DNA of 64,000 nt from Alphaproteobacteria bacterium (GTDB taxonomy: Bacteria > Pseudomonadota > Alphaproteobacteria > CALKHQ01): contig CBDDFZ010000001.1 in assembly GCA_965227515.1 (NCBI GenBank), positions 1,568,001-1,632,000 of the forward strand. The letters are read 5' to 3'. This document shows positions 46,687 through 56,097 of the stretch, piece after piece; position 1 is the first letter of the stretch; each line of letters begins with the position of its first letter. The notes beneath the pieces are model-generated. The model had not been told where the DNA came from and searched no databases. It saw nothing but the letters and a program-made list of their open reading frames with translations. The translations under genes and the position numbers were made by a program.

Positions 46687-48009
46687 ATGACCGACAAGAC
46701 GAAGCTCAACGCCAAGACCACGAAGCCGCGCAAGAAGAGCGCGAAAGCGGGCATCACCCGGCGCCAGGCGCTGAGCGGGGTTGCCGCCGCGGGTGCGGCG
46801 GCTGCCGCCAGCACGGTGAAGGCGCCCTACGTGCACGCGCAGGAGCCCATCGTCATCCGCTACGCCGGCACCGGCGTGAACGCCTTCCGCGAGATTTCCG
46901 AGAAGGTGATGGAGGATCTGGGCATCGAGCTTCAGTACACCACGCTGACGTCCGACGACGTGGTGACCCGCGCGGTGACCCAGCCGACGTCGTTCGACCT
47001 GCTCGACAGCGAATACTGGATGCTGAAGAAGATCGTGCCGTCGGGGAATTTGCGCGGCATGGACGTGACCCGGGTCGACCAGTACGAGAACATCGTGCCG
47101 ATCTTCACCAAGGGCGAGCTGCCCGACGGCACGGTGACCGCGCGCCAGGGCACGGCGCCGATCGAGGTCAGCTACCTGACCGGCGGCGAGAGCACCGAGT
47201 TCTCCGAATCGCCGACCGATTTCATGACCCTGATCCCGACGGTCTACAACGCCGACACCCTGGGCATCCGCCCCGACCTGATCGACCGCCCGATCACCAG
47301 TTGGGCCGACCTGATGGACCCGGCCTTCGCCGGCAAGGCGTCGATCCTGAACATCCCCTCCATCGGCATCATGGACGCCGCCATGGTCTGCGAGGCGATG
47401 GGCGAGGTGGAGTACGAAGACAAGGGCAACATGACCCAGGAGCAGATCGACGCCACCATCGCGGTGATGATCGAGGCCAAGAACGCCGGCCAGTTCCGCG
47501 CCCTGTGGAAGGAGTTCAACGAGTCCGTCAACCTGATGGCTTCGGGCGAGGTGGTGATCCAGTCGATGTGGTCGCCGGCCGTCACCAAGGTGCGGCAGAT
47601 GGGCATTCCGTGCGTCTACCAGCCGCTGCAGGAAGGGTATCGCGCCTGGGCGGCAGGGCTCGGCATTCCGACCCATGTCGAGGGCCGGCTGCTGGATGCC
47701 TGCTACGAGTTCATCAACTGGTACCTCTCCGGCTGGGCCGGCGCGTTCCTCAACCGCCAGGGCTACTACACCGCCGTGCTGGGCACCGCCCAGGCACAGA
47801 TGGAAGGTTGGGAGTGGGACTACTGGATGGAAGGCGCCCCGGCGGCCGAGGCCGTGGTCAGCCCGACCGGCGACCAGATCGCGGAGGCCGGCGAGGTCCG
47901 CGACGGCGGCTCGTTCTGGGACCGCATGGGCGCGGTCTCGGTGTGGAACACCGTGATGGACGAGGACCGCTACATGGTTCGCAAGTGGAACGAGTTCGTC
48001 GCCGCTTAG
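46687..48009 (+). CDS. PotD-like substrate-binding protein (Tat signal)
   Basis: ITRRQAL Tat motif; YNADTLG, QSMWSP. Confidence 0.85.
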   Translation: MTDKTKLNAKTTKPRKKSAKAGITRRQALSGVAAAGAAAAASTVKAPYVHAQEPIVIRYAGTGVNAFREISEKVMEDLGIELQYTTLTSDDVVTRAVTQPTSFDLLDSEYWMLKKIVPSGNLRGMDVTRVDQYENIVPIFTKGELPDGTVTARQGTAPIEVSYLTGGESTEFSESPTDFMTLIPTVYNADTLGIRPDLIDRPITSWADLMDPAFAGKASILNIPSIGIMDAAMVCEAMGEVEYEDKGNMTQEQIDATIAVMIEAKNAGQFRALWKEFNESVNLMASGEVVIQSMWSPAVTKVRQMGIPCVYQPLQEGYRAWAAGLGIPTHVEGRLLDACYEFINWYLSGWAGAFLNRQGYYTAVLGTAQAQMEGWEWDYWMEGAPAAEAVVSPTGDQIAEAGEVRDGGSFWDRMGAVSVWNTVMDEDRYMVRKWNEFVAA

Positions 48010-48018
48010 CACAGCGCC

Positions 48019-48074
48019 GTAGCCTGGGTGGAGCGGGGCGGAACCCGGGTTCCACTTCGTTTCACCCGGGCTAC
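48019..48074. repeat. Fused GTAG REP doublet
   Basis: GTAGCCTGGGTGGAGCGGGGCGGAACCCGGGTTCCACTTCGTTTCACCCGGGCTAC. Confidence 0.85.
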
Positions 48075-48100
48075 GGGACCACTGGATTTCTCTTGAACGC

Positions 48101-49024
48101 ATGACCGCCGCGAACGACATCGCCAACGCCACACCTGCCGCCGGAAGGCTCGTTGGCAGCCAGATGCGGCGTGGCTATGCGTGGCTGGTCGCCTACATCC
48201 AGGCGATGCCGCTGATCGCGGTGTTCCTGGTCTTCTTCTGCCTGCCGATGTTCGTGGTGCTGGTGGTCTCGTTCTTCGACTACCAGACCTACGACATCCT
48301 GATCCCCGACTTCGTGACCTTCAACTACACCGACGTGTTCAGCGCGTCGGTCACCTGGCAGACATATTGGATCACGCTCAAGTTCTGCCTCATCGCCTGG
48401 GTGCTGACCCTGCTGCTGGGCTTCACCATCGCCTATTACCTGGCGTTCTACGTCGGCAGCCTGAAGTGGCAGATCGTGCTGTTCCTGATCTGCACGATCC
48501 CGTTCTGGACCTCCAACGTCATCCGCTCGATCTCGTGGATCCCGCTGCTGGGCCGCAATGGGCTGGTGAACGACGTGCTGCTGGGCCTGGGCGTGGTGGA
48601 GGAGCGGCAGGAATGGCTGCTCTATTCCGAGTTCTCCGTCGTTCTCGGCTACATCCACCTCTACACGCTGTTCATGATCGTGCCGATCTTCAACTCGATG
48701 ATGCGCATCGACAAGTCGCTGATCGAGGCGGCGGCCGATGCCGGCGCCAGCGAGTGGAAGACGATCTGGCACGTGGTGATCCCGCTCTGCAAGCCGGGCA
48801 TCGCCATCGGCACCATCTTCGTGGTCGCCATCGTGATGGGCGACTTCGTGACCGTGAACGTGCTTGGCGGCGGCCAGGTCGCCTCGGTCGGCAAGACCAT
48901 CTTCGCCGAGCTCGGCTACTTGCAATACCCGCCCGCCGCCGCCAACGCGGTGGCGCTGATGGCGATCGTGATCCTGATGATCGTCGGCCTGCTGCGCGTG
49001 GTCGACATCCGCCGGGAGCTGTGA
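48101..49024 (+). CDS. PotB-type ABC permease
   Basis: IPFWTSNVIR, IEAAADAGA (EAA loop). Confidence 0.92.
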   Translation: MTAANDIANATPAAGRLVGSQMRRGYAWLVAYIQAMPLIAVFLVFFCLPMFVVLVVSFFDYQTYDILIPDFVTFNYTDVFSASVTWQTYWITLKFCLIAWVLTLLLGFTIAYYLAFYVGSLKWQIVLFLICTIPFWTSNVIRSISWIPLLGRNGLVNDVLLGLGVVEERQEWLLYSEFSVVLGYIHLYTLFMIVPIFNSMMRIDKSLIEAAADAGASEWKTIWHVVIPLCKPGIAIGTIFVVAIVMGDFVTVNVLGGGQVASVGKTIFAELGYLQYPPAAANAVALMAIVILMIVGLLRVVDIRREL

Positions 49025-49052
49025 CGGTGGCGGACAAAGGCAAGAAACACGC

Positions 49053-49165
49053 CGTCATCGCGAGCCCGCAACAGCGGGCGCGGCGATCCAGGCGAATACC
49101 GTGGCGGCGGAGGGTTTGCTCTGGATTGCCGCGTCGCGCCATAACAGGCGCTCCTCGCAATGACG
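49053..49165. repeat. CGTC-type palindromic doublet
   Basis: CGTCATCGCGAG...GCGATCCAG / CTGGATTGC...CTCGCAATGACG. Confidence 0.8.
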
Positions 49166-49169
49166 AGGA

Positions 49170-50006
49170 GTGCTGACCATGCTCCGCACTGTCCATCGCC
49201 GCACCTTCATTTGCCTCAGCGTCCTGTTCGGCGTGTTCGTGCTGTTCCTCTACGGGCCGACGCTGATCATCACGCTCTTGAGCTTCCAGGGGCCGGACGG
49301 CGGTCTCACCTTCCCGATGAACGGGTTTTCGACCCACTGGTTCGCCGAGTTGTTCCGCCCGCAATCCATCGGCGACATCGGCGGCAGCTTCCAGCGCTCG
49401 ATGTACCTGGGCCTGATCGTCATGGTGCTGACGGTGGTGATCTCGTTCCTGGCCGGGCTCGCCTTCCGGCGCCGGTTCAGGGGCTCCACGTTCGTGTTCT
49501 ATGTGGTGGTCGCCAGCCTGATCATGCCGTCCATCGTGGTCTCGCTCGGCATCGGCTCGCTGTTCGAGCTGTTCGGCATCGAGCGGTTCTGGTGGAACGC
49601 CGGCATCGGCGCGCACCTGACATGGACGCTGCCGTTCGGCCTGTTGATCATGTTCGCCGTGTTCAACCGCTTCAACCCGTCCTACGAGGAGGCGGCGCGC
49701 GACCTCGGCGCCACCGGCTGGCAGACCGTCCGCCACGTGGTGCTGCCGATCGTGGCGCCCAGCCTGATCGGCGTCGGCCTGTTCGGCTTCACCCTCAGCT
49801 ACGACGAACTGCCCCGCTCGTCCCAGGTGATGGGCGCGCTGAACACGCTGCCGAAGGAATTGCAGGCGATGCAGACCAACGCCACCACGCCGGTGATCTA
49901 CGCGCTGGGCACGGTGACCACGGCGGTCTCGTTCCTGGTCATCGGCACCGCGTTGACCACGCTCAGCATCATGCGCCGGCGCCAGGCCAAGCGGATCGGC
50001 AAGTGA
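49170..50006 (+). CDS. PotC-type ABC permease
   Basis: FLYGP, YEEAARDLGA, FTLSYDE. Confidence 0.92.
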   Translation: MLTMLRTVHRRTFICLSVLFGVFVLFLYGPTLIITLLSFQGPDGGLTFPMNGFSTHWFAELFRPQSIGDIGGSFQRSMYLGLIVMVLTVVISFLAGLAFRRRFRGSTFVFYVVVASLIMPSIVVSLGIGSLFELFGIERFWWNAGIGAHLTWTLPFGLLIMFAVFNRFNPSYEEAARDLGATGWQTVRHVVLPIVAPSLIGVGLFGFTLSYDELPRSSQVMGALNTLPKELQAMQTNATTPVIYALGTVTTAVSFLVIGTALTTLSIMRRRQAKRIGK

Positions 50007-50734
50007 AGCTGCTGGTCGTCAACCCGAACACCACCGCCTCGATGACCGAGAAGATCGGCGCCGCGGCCCGGTCGGTCGCCGCGCCCGGCACCGAGATCGT
50101 GGCGCGCAATCCTGAGTTCGGCCCGGTCAGCATCGAGGGCTATTACGACGAGGTGTTCTGCGTACCCGGCCTGATCGAAGAGGTGCGGCGCGGCGTGGCG
50201 GAGGGGTGCGACGCCACCGTCGTGGCCTGCTTCGACGATCCCGGTATCGATGCCGCGCGCACGGTCTCGCCCGGCCCGCTGATCGGCATCTGCGAGGCGG
50301 CGCTGAAGACCGCCAGCCTGCTCGCCGAGCGCTTCACGGTCGTGACCACGCTGTCGATCGCCATTCCGCCGATGCGCCGGCTGGCGCAGCGCTATGGCGT
50401 GTCCGACAGTTGCGTCATCCGCGCCGCCGAGATTCCGGTACTGGCGTTGGAGGACGACGCATCGGATGCCGGGCAGCACATCCGCGCCGAGATCAGGGCC
50501 GCCGTCGACGAGGACGGTGCCCAGGCCATCGTGCTCGGTTGCGCCGGCATGGCCGACCTGACCGCGCGGCTGACCGAGGAGTTCGGCGTGCCGGTGATCG
50601 ATGGCGTCGCCGCCGCGGTGAAGCTGCTGGAGGGGCTGCTGGCCCTGGGTCTCAAGCCGGCGCGTCTCGGCGCGGGCGCCCCGCCGCTCGCCAAGCCCTA
50701 CACCGGGCGTTTCGCCGACTTCGCACCGGAGTAG
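50003..50734 (+). CDS. Asp/Glu/hydantoin racemase family protein
   Basis: VNPNTTASMT, ACFDDPG, LGCAGM, VPVIDGV. Confidence 0.92.
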   Translation: MKLLVVNPNTTASMTEKIGAAARSVAAPGTEIVARNPEFGPVSIEGYYDEVFCVPGLIEEVRRGVAEGCDATVVACFDDPGIDAARTVSPGPLIGICEAALKTASLLAERFTVVTTLSIAIPPMRRLAQRYGVSDSCVIRAAEIPVLALEDDASDAGQHIRAEIRAAVDEDGAQAIVLGCAGMADLTARLTEEFGVPVIDGVAAAVKLLEGLLALGLKPARLGAGAPPLAKPYTGRFADFAPE

Positions 50735-50823
50735 ATTTCCCCCTCACCCTCCCAGCGTCGCGCTGCGTTCTTCCCATTCCCACTGGCGGCTACTGGATTC
50801 ACGCATCTAATCACTAAACAATT

Positions 50824-51000
50824 GACATCCTCGGGCTTGTCCCGAGGATCCATTTATGTCCAAAATATCAATAGCTTGATAAGATTTTCTTTGTCAGTGG
50901 CGGGCGGTCTGCGGACTCTGAACTGCGCAGGCGTCGTGCTCACAGGCTCGTCTCATGCCCTTGCCCACAAATTGATCCTCGCCACAAGGGCGAGGACGAC
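50824..51000. repeat. CGTC-like palindromic doublet with AT-rich spacer
   Basis: ATCCTCGGGCTTGTCCCGAGGAT ... ATCCTCGCCACAAGGGCGAGGA. Confidence 0.7.
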
Positions 51001-51030
51001 AATTCTTGCTTGGGGGGAAGAACGAGACCC

Positions 51031-51801
51031 TCAGTACTCGCACTCTTCCAGGGTCGCGCCGACGGTCATCGGCCGGTTGGCGTCATGGAAGCAGCCGTTG
51101 ATCCAGCGGCCCTCGAACACCTCGCCGTCGGCCTGGGTGAAGGTGCCGTAGCCGTGGGCCTGGTTGTTCAGCCACTTGCCGTCGTAGCTATCGCCGTTGG
51201 TCCACTCCATCAGGCCGAAGCCCGTGCGTTCGCCCTCGGCCCAATCGCCCTCGTAGCGGTCGCCGGACCCCCAGACCATGACGCCGCGGCCGGTGCGGTA
51301 GCCGTCGACCCAATCGCCCTCGAACCGCGCGCCGTCGGGCCAGGTGTAGACACCGACCCCGTTCTGCATGTCATCGGCCCAGTCGCCGGCATACTGGCTG
51401 CCGTCGGGCCAGGTGTAGGTGCCGAATCCATGCAGCAGGTCGTCGACAAAGCCGCCGACATAGACGTGGTCGTCATGCCAGACATAGGTGCCTTCGCCAT
51501 GCAGCCGGCTGTTGACCATCGGACCGGTATAGACGTCCTCCACGAACGTCGCGTCGGCGGTGCTGCGATAGCGCCATGTCAGCTCGCCGGTGCCATACGT
51601 CCGGCCGAACAGGCACGGGCCCGACCATGTCACCGTTTCCTCCGGCTGCGGGGCGGCGTTCCAGACGCTGCACGCGGGGTCGTTGGCAAGCGCCTGCCAG
51701 AATGGCTCCGGGTCGCCTCCATCCTGTGCGCCGGCGCCGCCGGTAACCAGCACCGCCGGAGCCAATGCGGCCGCAAGAGCCATGCCGCGGATAAAGCGCA
51801 T
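51031..51801 (-). CDS. Secreted MORN-repeat protein
   Basis: Signal peptide; repeated Y.G.W......G.G.YTW.DG. Confidence 0.9.
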   Translation of the reverse strand: MRFIRGMALAAALAPAVLVTGGAGAQDGGDPEPFWQALANDPACSVWNAAPQPEETVTWSGPCLFGRTYGTGELTWRYRSTADATFVEDVYTGPMVNSRLHGEGTYVWHDDHVYVGGFVDDLLHGFGTYTWPDGSQYAGDWADDMQNGVGVYTWPDGARFEGDWVDGYRTGRGVMVWGSGDRYEGDWAEGERTGFGLMEWTNGDSYDGKWLNNQAHGYGTFTQADGEVFEGRWINGCFHDANRPMTVGATLEECEY

Positions 51802-51875
51802 ACCTGCCTGTCCTTTCGCGTATCGGGTGGCCGAGTATCGGGTGGCCGCGTATCGGATGGTCAACTGGCGGACGA

Positions 51876-52997
51876 TCAGAACGGAAAGCCGTCGTTGGCC
51901 GCTTCCAGGTCGCTTTCCAGCCGATAGACCGTCTTGGTGCCGAAGCCCCTGATCTCATGATCGCCCAGATCGGTGAATCGGAACTCGTTGGCGATCTTGT
52001 CGTGGCACTCGTCACTGACCAGGATTTCCATTGGCCCGCAAAGCGGCTCCAGCCGCGCCGCCAGGTTCATGCCCGGCCCGAACACGTCGTAGACGTATTT
52101 CTGCACCCCGACCACCGATCCGATGACCGGGCCGGAGTTGATGCCGATGCGGCAGTTCCACTCGAACTCGGAGTTGCTGTTGCGCCGTTTCAGGTAGCGC
52201 ACGAACCTGAGCGCCACCCGCGCAATATTGCGGGCATGGTCGGGGTTCGGGTCGGGCAGGCCGGACACCGCGACATAGGCATCGCCAATGGTCTTCAGCC
52301 GGTCGCAGCCGAACTGCTCGACGATGCGGTCGAACGACGTGAAGATGTCGTTCAACTCGGCGATCAGCTTTGTCGGCTCGTGGCTGATCGACATCTGGGT
52401 GAAGCCGACGAAATCCAGCATCAGGATCGAGGCGTCGTCATAGCGTTGCGGCGTGGTGACGCCGAACTGCTTCCACTCCTCATAGACCTGCTGCGGCATT
52501 ATGTTCAGCAGCAGCTTCTCGACCCGTTCCTTCTCCTTCTTCAGGTCCCGGTTCTGCCGCTCGATCATCTTCGAATAGGACTCGATCATGTACTCGAGTT
52601 CCTTGATCTTCGAGACGTTCTGGCACTGCAGCATCAGGTTGCCGTCGCTGTCGCCCTCTGCGGTGCCAATTTCGATCGCCAATGCCAGCGTGCGCCGTTT
52701 CGGCTTGGCTTCGACGTCGAACTTGGCGCGGCCGATCTCGCTCAACAGCATCTTGGTCTTGGCCGGGTCGAAGTTCGGCACGATCTCGGCGAGCGTGGCG
52801 TCGCCCTCCTGCATCGCGGGAAACCACGTCGCGAAGGTCGCGTTGTGCATGATGATGCGGAACGTTTCCGGGTCCACGACCGCCAGTCCCACGCCCACCG
52901 AATCCAGCAGCAGGGTGCGGAAGCGGTCCATGTTCATGGACAGCATGGCGGGCTCGGCCGACACTACGGCGTCCGATCCATCATTCCGAGATGACAA
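51876..52997 (-). CDS. Class III adenylate cyclase with N-terminal PAS-like domain
   Basis: LDFVGFT, LKTIGDAY, YDVFG..MNLAARLE (Lys/Asp ATP-specifying residues). Confidence 0.9.
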   Translation of the reverse strand: MSSRNDGSDAVVSAEPAMLSMNMDRFRTLLLDSVGVGLAVVDPETFRIIMHNATFATWFPAMQEGDATLAEIVPNFDPAKTKMLLSEIGRAKFDVEAKPKRRTLALAIEIGTAEGDSDGNLMLQCQNVSKIKELEYMIESYSKMIERQNRDLKKEKERVEKLLLNIMPQQVYEEWKQFGVTTPQRYDDASILMLDFVGFTQMSISHEPTKLIAELNDIFTSFDRIVEQFGCDRLKTIGDAYVAVSGLPDPNPDHARNIARVALRFVRYLKRRNSNSEFEWNCRIGINSGPVIGSVVGVQKYVYDVFGPGMNLAARLEPLCGPMEILVSDECHDKIANEFRFTDLGDHEIRGFGTKTVYRLESDLEAANDGFPF

Positions 52998-53340
52998 CTG
53001 GCGCGCGGGCTTCGATCTCGCCCATGATGATGTCGATGTCCGCCGGCTGGACGTCGAACTCGAACAGGGTCTCGCGCAACAGCTTTGCCATTTCGTCGAA
53101 TGCTTCCCGATCGATGTTGTGCGATGCGTGGACCCGCCGCAGCGCCTCGTTGGAATAGCTGGCCGGCCCGCCCATCACCGAGGCGATGAACTTGGTCTGA
53201 TGGTCGATCAGGTTCTTCAGGTCAATATCGTCAAAAAAAGGGCCGATGATGTCGGAATCGACAGCCTTGTCATAAAACGCCATCACGACCTTGCTGATGG
53301 TGGCGAACCCGCCATAGCGTTCGAACATGGATCCCGACAT
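52981..53340 (-). CDS. Group I truncated hemoglobin
   Basis: FERYGG, FY, FF, HQTKF...MGGP..Y....L..VH. Confidence 0.9.
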   Translation of the reverse strand: MSGSMFERYGGFATISKVVMAFYDKAVDSDIIGPFFDDIDLKNLIDHQTKFIASVMGGPASYSNEALRRVHASHNIDREAFDEMAKLLRETLFEFDVQPADIDIIMGEIEARAPVVISE

Positions 53341-53466
53341 CGCGCTCTCCCCCAGAATGCCGAATCGTCGACAGCGCCCGGCGGAGTGCCGAACGCTTGG
53401 AGCCGCCAGCCAAAGCCACGGCGCAGCCTGCGCCCAGCTTCGGTTCGACCCCAGGCAGGAACGCGA

Positions 53467-54813
53467 CTATAGCAGGGCAGCGGCCTCGCGATAACCGACC
53501 CGGTGCTGCGGATCGGCAAATCCGGCGGCCGCGGCGTCGTTGACCACGATGGCGGCGATGTCGCGGCGATTCTCCTGCCGCGCGGCGTCGGCCAGCAGTT
53601 GGAAGAAGATGTCGCGCTGGGCGTAGCTGCCGCCGATCTGCTTCAGGAGACGGCGCGCCGGCATCAATGCCTCGATCACGCCGGCGAAGTCGCCCTTGCG
53701 GTGGGCGATGGCCGCCTCGGCCGCCGGGATGGCCGCGGCCCGGGTGCGCGCGCCGAGCGGGCCGGTGTCGCTGGCGGCGAACGCGCGCATGGCCGCCAGC
53801 AGCGCCTCGGCCTGGTCGTATCGGCCGGCGGCCGCCAGGATCATGGCGTAGTGGGCGCTGGTGAACGGGCTCGACGGATCGTCCAGCCGTGGCTCGACCA
53901 GGTCGGCCATCTCGGTCCACCGGTCGCCGACGTCGACACCTTGCAGCTCCAGGCGCTTCAGCATCGAGGCGCCGTTCTGCATGTCGATGAACAGGTCGGG
54001 GATCGCCTGCAGCAGGGGCAGGTCGCGGTTGCGGACCCACTCGTCGTAGATCGACAGCACGGCGTCGAACTCGCGGCGCTCCAGGTGGAACAGACAGCGG
54101 TGCCACCACAGGTGCAGCTTCATCTGGTTGGTGTCGGCCCAGTTGTCCTTCAGCCCGTCCAGCCAGGCGATGCCCTCGTCGTGGCGGCCCTGCATGATCA
54201 TCACGTGGGCCGCGGCATGGGTGCCCCAGGCATCGGTCGGGTCGCGCTCCACGCCTTCGCGGGCCAGCCGCTCGGCGGTCTCGTACTCGTGCACCTCCTC
54301 CATGTCGAAGGCGCGGCACGACAGGTGGACGCCATAGTCGGGCACCGACCCGTCCCACGACTTGCCGGCCCTGGTGGAGATGCTGGCCGACCATTCCATC
54401 TCGCCGAGCCAGAACAGCTCGTTCTGGGCCATCCGCTGGGCGAACAGGTCGCGTGGATTGTCCGCCAGCACCTGCTCCATGTGCGCCACGAACTCAGTCA
54501 GCGCGCCGCGATACGCGGCGTCCAGGCCGGCGAGATAATGCTGTTCGCGGACTGTCAGCCGCGACGCTTGCGGGCGTGCGGCGTCCAGCGCCTCGGCGAT
54601 CTTCGGTCGGAAGCCGGTATTGCGGCCGCCGTGCAGCAGCAGGCCGAGCACGATGTGGCCGAGGGCGAACTCGGGGTCTGCGTCGAGCGCCGCCTTCACC
54701 TTGGGCAGCGTGTCGACGCGCCAATACACATAGCTGCGCATGGCATCCGACAGCTGGCCGGCGGCGGCTGCGTTGTCGGTGGTCATCGCGTGACCGCGAA
54801 TATCTTCCTGCAT
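53467..54813 (-). CDS. TTC38-like tetratricopeptide repeat protein
   Basis: DAWGTHAAAHV, HLWWH, IGGSYAQRDIF; start uncertain (54786 or 54813). Confidence 0.8.
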   Translation of the reverse strand: MQEDIRGHAMTTDNAAAAGQLSDAMRSYVYWRVDTLPKVKAALDADPEFALGHIVLGLLLHGGRNTGFRPKIAEALDAARPQASRLTVREQHYLAGLDAAYRGALTEFVAHMEQVLADNPRDLFAQRMAQNELFWLGEMEWSASISTRAGKSWDGSVPDYGVHLSCRAFDMEEVHEYETAERLAREGVERDPTDAWGTHAAAHVMIMQGRHDEGIAWLDGLKDNWADTNQMKLHLWWHRCLFHLERREFDAVLSIYDEWVRNRDLPLLQAIPDLFIDMQNGASMLKRLELQGVDVGDRWTEMADLVEPRLDDPSSPFTSAHYAMILAAAGRYDQAEALLAAMRAFAASDTGPLGARTRAAAIPAAEAAIAHRKGDFAGVIEALMPARRLLKQIGGSYAQRDIFFQLLADAARQENRRDIAAIVVNDAAAAGFADPQHRVGYREAAALL

Positions 54814-54894
54814 GGGCCCCGATCCGTTTCCTCGTCTGTTTTGACGAACACTAGGACAGCGGGACAGGCGCCGCATCGCGCCGAACGCCGCAGG

Positions 54895-55089
54895 TCAACC
54901 CTGCTCTTGATCTCTTGATCGCTCGCGCTCCCGACTTGAGCCAAACCGCGCGAACGTCGCCTTTAGCTCTTCATCGGTCACAAACCGGCCGGCCTGCGCA
55001 TCTGCCAGACCCTTCTCGATGGCCTCACCGAACTGCTGTTTTTGCAGCCGGCGGAGTGCGGCAACCGAGGCGGTGGTCGTCCGATCCAC
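54895..55089 (-). pseudogene. Probable truncated antitoxin (RelB/ParD-like C-terminus)
   Basis: AIEKGLADAQAGRFVTDEEL...FARF; no DNA-binding N-terminus and no adjacent toxin. Confidence 0.45.
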
Positions 55090-55092
55090 AAC

Positions 55093-56097
55093 TTAGCGCC
55101 TCGCGGTGCGCAGCCGGTCGATGAAGATGGCGGCGATGATGACGCAGCCGAGCACGATCATCTGCACGTTGCCGTCCAGCTCCACCAGGTTCATGCCGTT
55201 CGACAGCGTGGTGATGAACAGCGCGCCGATGATGACGGCGGGCACGCCGCCGATGCCGCCGCGCAGGCTGACCCCGCCGACCACCGCCGCGGCAATGCTC
55301 TCCAGCGTCAGGTTGCCGCCCAGGTTCGGCTCGCCGGAGCCGGTGCGCCCGGTCAGCATCATCGCGCCGACGGCGGCCAGGATGGAGCAGATGATGTAGG
55401 CGTAGATCAGGTAGCGCCGCGACGGCAGCCCGGCGATCCTGGACGCGCGCGGGTTACTGCCGAGCAGATAGAACGAGCGCCCGATCACCGTGCGGGTCAG
55501 GCCCAAATGGATCAGGATCAGCACCACCACGGTGATGATGATCGGGATCGGTATGCCCAGCAGGGTGCCGGAATAGATGATGCCGGAGAACTCGCGCGGC
55601 ACGTCGAACACCGGCCGGCCGCCGGAAATGGTGCTGGCGATGCCGTAGCAGATGTTCCAGCTCGCCAGGGTCGCCATGAACGGGTTGACCCTGAGCACGG
55701 CGACCGCGAAGCCGTTGAACAGCCCGACCAGGATGCCGAAGAAGATGCCGGCGGGAAGCGCAAGCACGATGCCGAGCCAGACCTGCGGATCCTCGCGCAG
55801 CGCGAACTCGACCATGATCAGCGAGGTCAGCACACTGACCGACGACACGCAACTGCCCAGCGACAGGTCGAAGCCGCGGGTCAGGATCACCACCATCTGG
55901 GCGGCCGCGAACACCGCCAGATAGGACGCCTGCTGCAAGATGTTCAGCAGATTGTCGCCTGACAGGATGGTCGGCTGATAGGCCGAGAAGCCGAGCAGCA
56001 TCACCACCAGCAGGATCGGCATCAGCGCCTGCATGATGTAGCGCTGGGTGGCGGCGGCGCGCTCCGCCGCGGTCAGGGGTGCTGCGGCGTCACTCAC
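55093..56097 (-). CDS. Sugar-type ABC permease
   Basis: GFDLSLG, NPFMATL, SIAAAVVGGVSLRGG. Confidence 0.92.
   Translation of the reverse strand: MSDAAAPLTAAERAAATQRYIMQALMPILLVVMLLGFSAYQPTILSGDNLLNILQQASYLAVFAAAQMVVILTRGFDLSLGSCVSSVSVLTSLIMVEFALREDPQVWLGIVLALPAGIFFGILVGLFNGFAVAVLRVNPFMATLASWNICYGIASTISGGRPVFDVPREFSGIIYSGTLLGIPIPIIITVVVLILIHLGLTRTVIGRSFYLLGSNPRASRIAGLPSRRYLIYAYIICSILAAVGAMMLTGRTGSGEPNLGGNLTLESIAAAVVGGVSLRGGIGGVPAVIIGALFITTLSNGMNLVELDGNVQMIVLGCVIIAAIFIDRLRTARR

Noticed and set aside
51817-51862. 15-bp x3 tandem repeat GTATCGGGTGGCCG upstream of the MORN gene
   Set aside because: Short intergenic minisatellite with no supportable function
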